Shown piece after piece: positions 14,595 through 26,678 of a DNA stretch of 64,000 bases (position 1 is the stretch's first letter; each line of letters starts with the position of its first letter). The stretch covers positions 6,510,001 to 6,574,000 of the forward strand of contig NC_043015.1 in NCBI RefSeq assembly GCF_006345805.1, read 5' to 3'. The notes under the pieces were generated by a model. That model had not been told where the DNA came from, ran no database searches, and was given only the letters and a program-made list of their open reading frames with translations. The stretch comes from Octopus sinensis (lineage: Eukaryota). The position numbers and the translations under genes are program-made.

Positions 14595-16277
14595 ATGTGT
14601 AAGCGCGAGTGTATGTGTATGAGGGGGGTATGAAATTATGTCTGTGACAGGAGGGGGGTCCGCTTTTTTCATAGTCTCTCGTATACGCAAACTTATGTAC
14701 AAGAGCATGCGCGCGAGCGAATTCCACAACCGTAGACACATCGACCAAGAAATTCTTCGTCTGATATACACTTTGTACCACATACATATGTTCAGACATA
14801 CATATACACACATACATACATACATACATACATACATACATACATACATACATACATACATACATACATACATACATACACACAATAAAAATTATTTATA
14901 CACAGGCTTATCTGCATACAGACACGAGCAGAATTTGGAATGTATGTACAAATACATCTATGTATGAAGACATGTATGTATGAGCGTGTGTGGGTATATA
15001 TATGTATATATATATGTGAGTGTTTGTATATATACGCACTCATATGTTCGAGTGTATGTGTGTGTGTGTGTACTCATACATACACTCAAACTTCCACATT
15101 TAATTTTTACTCTCACATACTGCTTTACCATGTAGCAGCTTCGTATCCAGCAACAACTGGCCACATGAGTGCATTGTAAACGTATAAATGAGCGTACGTA
15201 TATAGATACATACGTACAGTACACACGCGTAAATAGCCGCACATATTTTATATAAGACCGCAAGCTACAGGGCTTTTAATGAAATTTAAAATATACATAG
15301 ATATAGATATATATCTATATATATCTATATATATATATATCTACGCTCGCACAAATATACTTAATCAGAAAATTCACACGAACGTACACAAATATGCGAA
15401 TACACACACATACATCTTGAATATACGTTTTCATACATAAGAGATGTGTGTGATATACTGTCGTATCACATAGGCGTTATGTGTGATATTGTATCCAGCT
15501 TTAACTGGACTTTCTTACTAAAGTGCGGTATTAAGAGCTTCTTTTTCACACCCACTGTTCCATCAAACTTCGACATACGTGTATATCGTATCATATGTTT
15601 GTGTTCATGTGTGTGTGTGTATAGCTGAGTGTTCGTGTAGGTGTGTGCGAATGTATGTGTACAGATATATATGTGTGGGTATGTGTATTGTATGTAGATG
15701 TTTGAGCGTGTGTCTGTGCGCGTGTACTTATGTAATGAAGACAATTTATGTGGGGGGGGGGGAGAAAACATACGCGTACCCATCGATACACACGCACTCA
15801 CACATACACAAAACCCAAATCATATACGCACATATCCATACTAGAGTGCAAAAGCATGCACATATGCAGAACTATATATGTATGTGTGCGTGTGTTTCTG
15901 TGCGTTTATGCGTGTGTTTTAATGTGTGTATCTCTATGTAGGTATATATATATCAATGTAAACTGAATTTGAAAATAATGCTCGTGCAAAGGCGAATGTA
16001 TATTGGTACTCATATATATATAAAGGCTAACAGATGGACACATACACTCACCAAAACATAGATGCACACGCACACACACACACACACATACATACACGCA
16101 CATACACAAACATAAATATACACACATACTTACATGCTCACACACCCGCGAACACTCACACGTATACGTGCGCACATGTAGTATATATATAATTTTAATT
16201 TTTGTCTATTGAATGGAGGCTATTTCGAAACCGAAACTGATTTCTCTTTTCATGTTCTCCCACACTGATGCGTGTTT

Positions 16278-16315
<38 letters not shown>

Positions 16316-16401
16316 CACACACACACACACACACACAACCACACACAAACACAAACACACACACACACACACTCTCATATATACACAAAATCTATCCCCG
16401 C

Positions 16402-16455
<54 letters not shown>

Positions 16456-17058
16456 ACCTTTTAATTTTAGCCTCCGTCTGTTTCGACGATGATTTCATAC
16501 ACGTTAATTCATAGTATTTGCTGTCGAGTATTCGATTGCATTAAGGGAGATACAACAACCCCCTTAACGCAGTCATTAGAGAGAATAAGCGTGACAAAGG
16601 TGGCTCTTCTTATCAAAGCCACATCCACACAGCAGGACTTCCAGTCACATATTTGTAACGGGCATGGCAGAATGAGGAAGAAATTCATGCTGCATTCGCA
16701 CAGAAGAAAAGCCGGGTTCGATTCTACCGTGAGGAATGTCGGTGCATATGTATTTAACCACCTTCTCCCTGATCGAACCGTGTTTCGATTTTGGGTAAAA
16801 TAAATGCATTTACAAACATAATTTACAAAAACAAATATAAATATAAATATATAACACTTTCCATGTATATATAATAGATATATAACTCATTTTATCATAC
16901 ATTATTATCGCCCCTCAACCTACCCCTCCTTAATAAGGAAGCTGCGGGCAACAACAAAAAATAATATCAATGTTAATAACAATAATAAATACACGGACAT
17001 TATTAATACATTTTTTCTGATTTTTTTTTGTGTGTTTTTTTTTCTTTCAGAACTTCGG

Positions 17059-17064
17059 ACTTAC
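17059..17064 (-). other. 5' splice donor GTAAGT of the neuroligin exon
   Basis: Plus-strand ACTTAC sits exactly where protein similarity stops; the 20 ORF residues beyond it are Lys-rich read-through. Confidence 0.9.
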
Positions 17065-17515
17065 CTTGTCTGGGAACATAGAGATTAAGGCTTAAACAAT
17101 CTTCAAGTTGTTTTGAAAGTAAAGGTGCTATCCTTTTGTAGTGCTCATAACGGCTCTCAGGTACTTTTCCTTTTAAGTCGTTGAGATCGGGAACTTTCTG
17201 TGGGCACACGGGACTCATATCAAGAACCACTCTGGTACCGGTCCATTTTTCCATTGGACTGGTGGGAGGCATGAATCGAAGGTTGCCTCTAAGCAAAGAG
17301 GCGTACGGCAATCCTAAATACGCATCGACTGGTTTGAGATGACGGTTAGGGAATTCCACCATCACACCTCGGACCGTTCCGTAACGTGTGGTCACAACCC
17401 GGTCACTTAACGTACGCATGTAAACCACACACTCGCCAATGTTTAAAACCAGAACCACAAGGAGAATAGAGACACATGCTGATCCGATAAAGGGCGATGT
17501 TAGACTTCCACCCAT
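17065..17515 (-). CDS. nlgn: Neuroligin (carboxylesterase/cholinesterase-like adhesion protein), first coding exon: 150 codons + 1 nt
   Basis: Translation gives a hydrophobic signal peptide (ACVSILLVVLVL), then VVTTRYGTVRG, YLGLPYA, LRFMPP, PVCPQKVPDL and RIAPLLSKQLEDCLSLNLYVP, as in invertebrate neuroligin N-termini. Homology ends at CAAG|GTAAGT (donor 17064-17059, phase 1). An in-frame TGA at 17602-17600 lies upstream of the ATG. Confidence 0.93.
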
Positions 17516-17760
17516 TTCTCTTTCGGGTGAAATAGCAAGAGAATATTTCTTATTGATTGCATGACACTTTGAAGTTGGATTACGTCTTTGAAAAGGACAT
17601 CACTTAGATTTGGCTTGTATAACGAAAGAACCGCCACGATCTCGGAGAGAATTTTCAATTTACACTGCTTCTCCTCTCTCTCACTCTCTCTCTCTCTCTC
17701 TCACTCACTCTCTCACGCTCGCTCTTTATCTCACTCACACACTATTTTCTTTTTTTCCTT

Positions 17761-17791
<31 letters not shown>

Positions 17792-17935
17792 TAGCTTTTG
17801 TAGTTATTTAAACTTTTTTTTCACCGCGGACATTTGTGTCTTCTGGCCTTTTGCTTGTTCGCCATTTCATTTTTTTTTTTCCTTTTCCGTTTCTTATTTT
17901 TAGTTCTCGTTTTTGTTAATTAAATAAAGAAATAA

Positions 17936-17959
17936 CTAAAAAAAAAAAAAATTGTTAAG
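17936..17959 (-). other. Candidate 3' splice acceptor upstream of the neuroligin ATG (would define an 871-nt exon, 17935-17065)
   Basis: Minus strand reads CTTAAC (branch-like), AA, a T14 tract, then AG ending at 17936. Confidence 0.45.
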
Positions 17960-18213
17960 GTGGCAGTTAAAATTTCAACAAATATTCTGTCGGTGTGTCT
18001 GGGTGTCACTCTGATTATCCGTCTGTCTGTCTGTCTATAACTTGTTTGAATGCGAGTATATGAATGTGAGTATATATGTTTGCATGCATGTATATATACT
18101 CAGCATGTGTAAGTATGTCATATATCTATATCAACATGTGTAGTATTACAGGGTGTATATTTTTATTATTTTATATGCATACACATACATAAATCCATAC
18201 ATCCATATATATA

Positions 18214-18246
<33 letters not shown>

Positions 18247-18989
18247 ATATATAATTCTGTGGTAGTGGATAAGAATTTCAACGATTTTTTTTCTTTTACT
18301 TAAATCTCTTTTTCGTTAATTATTCAACCTGAGATTTTCCTTCCGTTTGCCGATTATTACATATACCAATGTATATATATATATATATACCGATCTCTAT
18401 GAATATACAGATGTGTATGCATATATTCAGATGTATATATGTATATATATATATATATATATCTGTGTTTGTTATATGTTATATATGTAGGTATACATGT
18501 ATATCCGTGCTTGTGTCTATGTATGTGCGTACGTGTGTATGTGTGTGTGCGTGTATCAGTGTAAGCTTTTTTATCTTTCTTTTCTTTTTTCTTTTCTTTT
18601 TTTTTTCTTTATGTATAGGTGTGTCTGTGTTTATTTAGCAGTATCTCTTACCTATTACTTTTTCGAAACAATCTCGTAGATATTTTTTTTTCTTTATGGA
18701 TGGATGGATTGGTGTATACATGGATGGAAACGGAAAAGGTTTGTGTGTGTGTGGGTATATATTTTGCTGTGCTTGTGTATATAGGAATCCATATACATCT
18801 GCGTGTATATATTTAGCTCCAGGCATGAATATCCGTTCGTATGTCTATATAAATTGTTTTTAAATTCCTGCATGTGTACGATTATAAAAAATAGTATATG
18901 TAGTCCGAAATATTTCCGCCAGTGGCGATAGAGTTGATAATATTCTTCTTGTTATTGTTGTGGTACGTTCTGATGCTGACGGCAATCAC

Positions 18990-20037
18990 AATGACGGTGA
19001 TGATAGTGATGATAACGTTGATGGGAATAATGATGATGATGATGATCGTGGTGCGAATGCGGTTGATGATTTAGCTTTTGATAATTCCGCTCTTGATAAT
19101 ACTGTTGCTCTTGTTCGTAATGATGACGACGATGGGCTATGATGGTGATGATGACGATGTTGTTGTTGTTGTTGTTGTTGTTGTTGTGATGATGACGATG
19201 ATGGTGACGATGATGACAATGACATCGACCACGACTACGACGACGATGACGATAATGCCGACAACGATGCTGACAATGATAATGATATTGATAGTGATGA
19301 TGATAATGATGATGATGATAGGGATGATGATGATGATGATGATGATGATGTTAGCGACAACAAGAAGAACAACTACGACGATGACGACGACGACGGCGGC
19401 GGCGGCGGCGACGATTGACGACGACGACGGCGGCGGCGGCGGCGGCGAAAAGAGAAGAGGAAGAGAGGAAGGTGAGAACGAAGATCAGGATGATTCGGGT
19501 GGGGGTGGGGTAGGTCACTGGCGGTGGCGTTGATAATGTCGGTGAGAGTAGTGGTGGTAATGGTAATGGTAGTGATGATGATGACGATGTTGTTGTTGTT
19601 GGTGGTGGTGGTGGTGGTGGTGGAGGCGGCGGCAGTGACTGTGGTTATGGCGATGGCGGTGGTGGCGGCGATGAAGAGGTGTGACAAGGAAGGAGGACAA
19701 ACAATAATTTAGCGATGACTTGCGTGGCCGGTATTACTGCTGCTGCTGCTGCTATCACTATTGCTGCTGCTGCTGCTGCCTGTTGCTGCTGTTGTTGCTG
19801 TTGTTGTTATTGTTGCTGCTGCTGCTGCTGCTGTTCTTATTGGCAGCGGTCTGCAGTGATGGCGGCGGCGGCGGCGGCGGTGGGCGGTGGATGCAGGCAG
19901 CGGCTTGATGTGGCGGTTAACAAGTTGATGATGTTAATGCTACTGTTGCATCTGTACTACTGCTGCTGCTGACACTGCTGCTGCTAATGCTGCTGCTGCA
20001 ACTATTCTTCAACTACGCTGATAATGATGTTCATGAC

Positions 20038-20070
<33 letters not shown>

Positions 20071-20730
20071 AGAAAAAAAAAAAACACGATTACGACGACG
20101 ATGGTGATGGTGATGATGATGATGTTGATAGTGGTGATGAGAGTACTTGACGACGATCCTGTTTAACGAAGTTGTTTATGATGACGATGATGGTGATGAC
20201 GATGATAATGATGACGACGATGATGATGACGATGACATTTTGTTCATTTTTGTTCCTGTTGTATGTGTGTGCGTGTGTGTGTGTTTAATTGGGTGTTTAT
20301 TGTTTCACCACATACATTTTCTTTGTAGAAAACAGAGGTACAGGTAAGTAGTAGTAGTAGCAGCAGCAGCAGCAATAATAGTAGTAGTATTCGTACTATT
20401 CGTAGTCGTAGTAGTAGTAGTAGTAGTAGTGTACGGTGTTGGCGGTGCTGTTGTTGTTGTTGATGCTCGTGGTGGTGGTGATGATGATGTTATTACGTGT
20501 GGTAATAGTGATAGCGATGGTAGCGATGGTTATGGTGGGGATGGCGGGTATATATGTTGTCGGTGGTGGTGGTGTTGGTGGTGTTGGTGGTGGTTATTCT
20601 ATTTGTTGTTATTGCTGTTGATAGTGGTGTTAGCAATAGTAGTAATATTAGTAGTAGTGGTAGCACTGGTGGTGGTTGTGGTGATGGTGGTGGTGGTCTT
20701 ATTTTTATTTATGTTCATTCAGTGGTAGTG
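18990..20730. repeat. Mosaic of triplet microsatellites (GAT, GAC, GGC, GCT, GTT, GTA, GGT)
   Basis: Read directly; explains the homopolymeric ORFs here. Confidence 0.95.
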
Positions 20731-21042
20731 ACAAGAGGGTAGATAGGGTAGACCGAATTGTAACGGAGGCTGGCAGTTGGATGAGATGAAGACGACGACG
20801 ACGACGATGCAGATGATGATGATGAGGATGATGATGATGGTGGTGATGGTGTTAATGGACGATGATCAAAACAACAACAACAACAACAACATCGACAAAC
20901 ACCCCCGATTAATCAATTTAGCAAACCACCCCCCTATAAGACGGACACGAGCATTATTACATAAATATCACACACAAACATTAGGTACATACATACACAA
21001 ACACTCTCTCACACACACATATACACTCTACCCTCTCTTCTT

Positions 21043-21083
<41 letters not shown>

Positions 21084-21479
21084 TACTCTTTCTCTCTCGT
21101 AAACACACACACAACACACAAGCACAAAAATAGATTTCAAGTTACAAATTTCAAAAACAATCTCTCCTCCAAAATACAGTTACAAACAGAAAAAAAAATG
21201 CAATATAAAATATACGTCTATTAGTATTTAGTGTAGGAGAAAAACTATAAGTTGTAATAGTACTACTACCAATTACAGTATAGGTAGAAGTACCAATAAT
21301 TTTAGTAGTAGCAGTTTTAAACTAGTAACTATTAACCAACACTGGTACGCTATTTAGTAAAGACGATTAGGGGAGAAAACAGTAGTACAGATAGCTGTGT
21401 TAGTAATAGAGTTGGTTGTAATAGTAGTAATAAAGCGGTAGTATCCAATAGCAGTGGTATCCATAGTAATATCCAGGAG

Positions 21480-21685
21480 GGTAATAGTAGTAGTAGTTGT
21501 AGTAGTAGCCGTAGAAGTTATAGTAGAGTATTTGTAGTTATAGTAGTAGTAATAGTACTATGTGTGGTTGAGGTGCTTGTTGGTGTTGTTGTAGTGTTTT
21601 GCTGTGTTTAAACTACGAGTGTTTGTAACTGTTGCCTCAACACAAGCAGCAGTGAAACATCATCATCGTCAGCGGCAGCTGTTGC

Positions 21686-21724
<39 letters not shown>

Positions 21725-22193
21725 TTTAGTAGTAGTAGGTCTTGGTGGTGGTGGTGTTGTAATAGTAGTATTAGTTATTGTTGTTGGTGATGGTGATGGT
21801 GGTGGTGTTGACGTAGTAGTAGTAGTAGTAGTAGTAATAGTAGTAGTAGTAGCGCACGGCAACAGCAACAGCAGCAACTCGTAGTATCAATAGTATTTGT
21901 ACTATAAGTATTAGTAGGTATTATCGTAGTTTTATTAATGATAGTAGCACCTGCATTAGTAGTAGTAGTAGTAGTAGTAGCAGCAGCAGTAGGAATAGTA
22001 GTAGTAGTGGTGGTGGTGGTGGTGGTGGTGATGGTAGTAGTAGTAGTAATGATAGTGGCAGTAGTTAATGTAGTTTTATTGGTAATAGTAGCACCTATAG
22101 TAGTTGTACTGTTAATAACAGCAGCAGCTGTAGTACTTGTAGCAGTAGTAGTAGTTGTTGTTTGTGGTGGTGTTGTTGTTGTTGATGTTATAA

Positions 22194-22238
<45 letters not shown>

Positions 22239-22627
22239 AAGTATTGATGGTGGTAGTTGTTAATGTAGTTTTATTAGTTATAGTAAAACTTATAGTTGTG
22301 GTGGTGGTAGTAGTAGTAGTTGTAGGAACGGTGATGGAGTTGTAGCTAATGCAGTTTTATTAGTAATAGTAGCACCTGTAGTTGTGGTAAACGTGGTGGC
22401 AGTGGTGGTGGTAGAGGTTCTTCTCGGCGTAGTTTGCTTACTAGTAGTAGTAGAAGTAGTATAAGTAGTATAAGTAGTAGTAGCAGCAGCAGTAGTAGTG
22501 ACAGAAGTTAGTGTTGTTAGCAAGGAACTGACGACGATGATGATTATGATGAGGATGATGATGAGGATGATGATGACGACGATGATGACGACGACGATGA
22601 TGCTCAGGATGCCGGTAGCCTAACACC

Positions 22628-22675
<48 letters not shown>

Positions 22676-22800
22676 TGTGGTGGTGGTGGTGTTATGCGGT
22701 GGTAGGTAGTGTTGATAGTAGTGTCAGCAGCAGCGGCTGAAGCAGCAGCAACAGCAGCAGTAGTAGTAGTAGAAGCAGCAGCATCAATGTCAGCGGCAGC
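21480..22800. repeat. (GTA/GGT/GCA/GAT)n mosaic with an embedded recurring ~35-bp unit
   Basis: Read directly from the sequence. Confidence 0.9.
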
Positions 22801-23111
22801 AGCAAATCTAGTCGTACTTTCTTTAGTACTGCATCAAAGAATACTGTAGTTGCAGTTTATGTTAGGGTGAGGAAGAATGTATGGAAGGATAGAAGGAGAA
22901 GAAATTAATATATTAGCTAATAAGCAAAACATCTTACGGATGGACGTTGGGTGATGATGAAGGGAAGGGATGTATTTTAAAAGGGGAGACGAAAAACGGG
23001 AGAGAAAAGTAAAAAAAAAAATTAAAAAGAGCAAGAAAGAGAGATAAAGAAATTGTGTGAATGACTGTGTTGTGGTTGTGTGCCTTGAGTGGCTGAGAGA
23101 AGGAGAGAAAC

Positions 23112-23154
<43 letters not shown>

Positions 23155-23332
23155 GAGACAGAGAAAGGCGATCGAGAAAAAAAACACATTCTACAAGTAT
23201 GTGAGTGTATGAAAACATACATATAAACACACACACACACATATATATATATACATACATACACACACACCCAAACACGCGCGCTTATGTGCACATATTG
23301 GTTATATATATATATATGAGTTAGATAGATAT

Positions 23333-23509
23333 ATTTCTTTACTACCCACAAGGGGCTAAACGCAGAGGGGACAAACAAGGACAGACAAACGGATTAAGTC
23401 GATTATATCGACCCCAGTGCGTAACTGGTACTTAATTTATCGACCCCGAAAGGATGAAAGGCAAAGTCGACCTCGGCGGAATATGAACTCGGAACGTAAC
23501 GACAGACGA
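23333..23509 (-). mobile_element. SINE-A, 5'-truncated
   Basis: Near-consensus core and tail. Confidence 0.85.
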
Positions 23510-23598
23510 TATGAGTTAGATAGATAGAGAGAAAGATAGATAAAACGCACACAGATTGAGAATCACAGTTTGAGGAAGGTACACACACACACACACGT

Positions 23599-23644
<46 letters not shown>

Positions 23645-23739
23645 AAAAAAAGAAAGTCGAAGAAGATATTGGGTGAAATATGTGAAAAAGAACGATGTTT
23701 AATAGAAATACCCGAAGAAAAACAAGCAGCAGCTTCAGA

Positions 23740-23772
23740 GAAGAAGAAGAAGAAGAAGAAGAAGAAGAAGAA

Positions 23773-23831
<59 letters not shown>

Positions 23832-23880
23832 GATGAAGAAGAAGAAGAAGAAGAAGAAGAAGAAGAAGAAGAAGAAGAGT
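23740..23880. repeat. (GAA)n(GAT)n(GAA)n compound microsatellite
   Basis: Read directly from the sequence. Confidence 0.95.
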
Positions 23881-24401
23881 GCAAGTAAGACTTAGGAAGA
23901 ATGTTTATGAGTAAGGAATCGAAAAATAAATTAACCGAAAAAGATTAAAAAAACGAAAAAAAAACAGAATGGGGGTTCGTGAAAAGGGAAATAAACAAGC
24001 GAAGAAAGAAGGAAATGGTACAAAAAACTAAGAGAAACAAAGGAAGAAAGAAAAGAAGAAGAAGAACTGAAGAAATAGGGGAAGAAGAAGCATGACTGCC
24101 GTAATCATCGCATCGTCTTTAGTTCAAAACGGACATGAGTCTGTCATAGGTTACGAAGAGAATTCTCTATACGTGTGTAAGAGTGGAAACGCGCGTACGA
24201 GAACGTATGTGTATGAGGTGGGGAGGGGGGGTAATTAGTTTTCACCGTCGTGTTTGTTGTGAATTCTGTTAAGATTTCGTCTGTAATTGTGAAACACAGC
24301 AAAAATGCTCGCCCTCACGCCCCCACATAACAAAAATCTGATTTATTATCAGACATTACCTACACAGCTATATATACACACACATATGCGGCTTGCATAT
24401 T

Positions 24402-24660
24402 TATATAAATGTATGTATGAATGAGTGTATATATAACAAAATCTGTAAGTATGGAGAATATCACATAGCTATGGTCCCTATAACCTATTATTTACACATA
24501 TATCCATATATCTGCACATAATATTTATATATATATAAATGTATGTATGAATGTGTGTATATAATAAAATCTATAAGTAAGGAGGATATCACATCTATGG
24601 TCCCTATAACCTGCTATTTACACATATATCCATATATCTACACATAATATATATATATAA
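24402..24660. repeat. Direct tandem duplication, 130-bp period, 2 copies
   Basis: ATAAATGTATGTATGA recurs at 24405 and 24535; ATGGTCCCTATAACC occurs in both units. Confidence 0.85.
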
Positions 24661-24907
24661 AATTAGAAAGATATATATATATATATATATAGTAGCAGAA
24701 ATGGTGGAGATGGTGGTCATGATGGTGGTGGTCGTGGTCGTAATAGTAGTAGTAGTAGCAGCAGTAGGAACAACAAGTGAGCAGAATTTGGAAGAAAAGC
24801 AGCAAAAATAAAACTAGATAAAGAGAAAAAAAAATTCGTTTGCTGGTTTGTTCCCTTAAGCGCCAAACCTACCGTGTTGTTTACCTACTTCAAGAAGAAG
24901 AGACTAT

Positions 24908-24939
<32 letters not shown>

Positions 24940-25620
24940 AGAATGATTTCTGATTTAAACACTAGGCCAGCAACTGAGTAAAAGGTGTGTAGTTCGGTTC
25001 ATCGATCACTATTTTGATTGTTGCTTACATTATCATCCTCGAAATGAAGAAAAAAATGAATTGATATAAGTGAAATTTGAACTCGCATTGTAGAGAATCG
25101 AAATAAACAGAACCAAGATATATCGTGAATCGTTTTTGTCTGACGATGTAAAATTGGCTTCTAATTTACTGCACAAGGCAATAATTTTGAGAGGAGACCT
25201 AAGTATATCACTGGTAATTTAGTTTATCAGCTCTGAAAGAAAGGAAGATGTAGTTGACCTCAACGGGATTTGATCCCAAGACTTAAAGAAACGGGGCGAT
25301 TGCTACGTGCTACTTCCTCATACCCTAACGATTCTCCCGTCTTGTGGCCTTTAATAATGATTTAAGAGCAAAACCAGAATTTGGAGCGAATATTAACATT
25401 GGCCTCAAAATTTGATTGATATTTTATTTTATCAAACAAGAAGGCAAGGAAGGGCAGATTTGAACTCAGAAGATTTGAACTCAGCGAGAAAGAAACTAAG
25501 AAGGTGAAGAGCCGGACAAAAACAATCTGAAGTAAGATGCTGGAAGCAACCTCTGTCTTTCCACCAACATTGCAAAATGTTTAAAACTATTTTTAAAAGA
25601 GAAATGAATTTGAGATCTTC

Positions 25621-26018
25621 AGGAGTGGCTGTGTGGTAAGTAGCTTGTTTACCAGTCACATGGTTCCGGGTTCAGTCCCACTGCGTGGCACCTTGGGCAA
25701 GTGTCTTCTACTATAGCCTCGGGCCGACCAAAGCCTTGTGAGTGGATTTGGTAGACGGAAACTGAAAGAAGCCCGTCATATAAATGTATATATATGCGTG
25801 TGTGTGTTTCTGTGTCTGTGTTTGTCCCCTTAGCATTGCTGACAACTGATGCTGGTGTGTTTACGTCCCCGTCACTTAGCGGTTCGGCAAAAGAGACCGA
25901 TAGAATAAGTACTGGGCTTACAAAAGAATAAGTCCCGGGGTCGAGTTGCTCGATTAAAGGCAGTGCTCCAGCATGGCCGCAGTCAAATGACTGAAACAAG
26001 TAAAAGAGTAAAGAGAGT
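25621..26018 (+). mobile_element. SINE family B, full length (tRNA head, CORE-like segment; possibly the octopus OR-type CORE-SINE)
   Basis: GGAGTGGCTGTGTGGTAAG (A box), GGGTTCAGTCCC (B box), ACCTTGGGCAAGTG (CORE-like), an internal (TA)(TG) tract and a GACTGAAACAAGTAAAAGA tail. Confidence 0.85.
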
Positions 26019-26066
26019 CTATTTTATATGAGATACAAGATTAAGCGTAAGAAACTAAGCAGGAAA

Positions 26067-26297
26067 GGCGGCGAGCTGGCAGAACTGTTAGGACGCCGGA
26101 CGAAATGCGTAGCCGTATTTCGTCTGCCGTTACGTTCTGAGTTCAAATTCTGCCGAGGTCGATTTTGCCTTTCATCCTTTCGGGGTCGATAAATTAAGTA
26201 CCAGTTATGCACTGGAGTCGATGTAATCGCCTTAATTAGTTTGTCTGTCCTTGTTTGTCCCCTCTATGTTTAGCCCCTTGTGGGTAATAAAGAAACA
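26067..26297 (+). mobile_element. SINE-A, full length
   Basis: Complete head, core and tail. Confidence 0.9.
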
Positions 26298-26421
26298 TAT
26301 CCATAGGTGCAGGAGTGACTGTGTGATAAGAAGCTTGCTTCCTAACCACATGGTCCTGGGTTCAGTCCCAATGCGTAGTACCTTGGACAAGTGTCTTCTA
26401 CTATACTGTGGTATCTAAATA

Positions 26422-26609
26422 GGGAGAATTCACAAAAAAACAAAAGACAAAGACAGGTGGTGTAGACAACAAACAGATGTATTAGTAAAACGCTCGGAAA
26501 GGGAAAAAGTCTTTAACGTTTCGAGCCTACGCTCTTCCTCAGAAAGGAATACAGAAAGAAACAAGGAGAGAAAATAAAGAATGTGTAGTAGCTAGCGATC
26601 TATCATGGC

Positions 26610-26612
<3 letters not shown>
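26422..26612 (-). mobile_element. ~190-bp Penelope-like terminal-repeat (pLTR) unit carrying the hammerhead
   Basis: Same sequence and same boundaries as 59610-59803; abuts (TA)n. Confidence 0.6.
26511..26546 (-). ncRNA. Minimal type I hammerhead ribozyme motif with intact core
   Basis: Minus strand: CUUU-CUGAGGA-A-GAGC(GUAG)GCUC-GAAA-CGUU-AAAG. Stem I is CUUU/AAAG, stem II is 4 bp with a tetraloop, and stem III is the palindrome ACGU. Confidence 0.7.

Positions 26613-26678
<66 letters not shown>

Noticed and set aside
17025-17050. Plus-strand polypyrimidine tract + CAG acceptor next to the neuroligin donor
   Set aside because: No matching strong donor or open frame; T-rich tracts are abundant here.
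17003-17064. C-terminal GKSEVLKEKKTHKKKSEKMY of the 170-aa ORF
   Set aside because: Read-through past the GTAAGT donor into A-rich intron.
21926-24660. CRISPR-like repeat-spacer pattern
   Set aside because: The recurring units are degenerate and separated by microsatellite rather than unique spacers; eukaryotic context and no cas genes.
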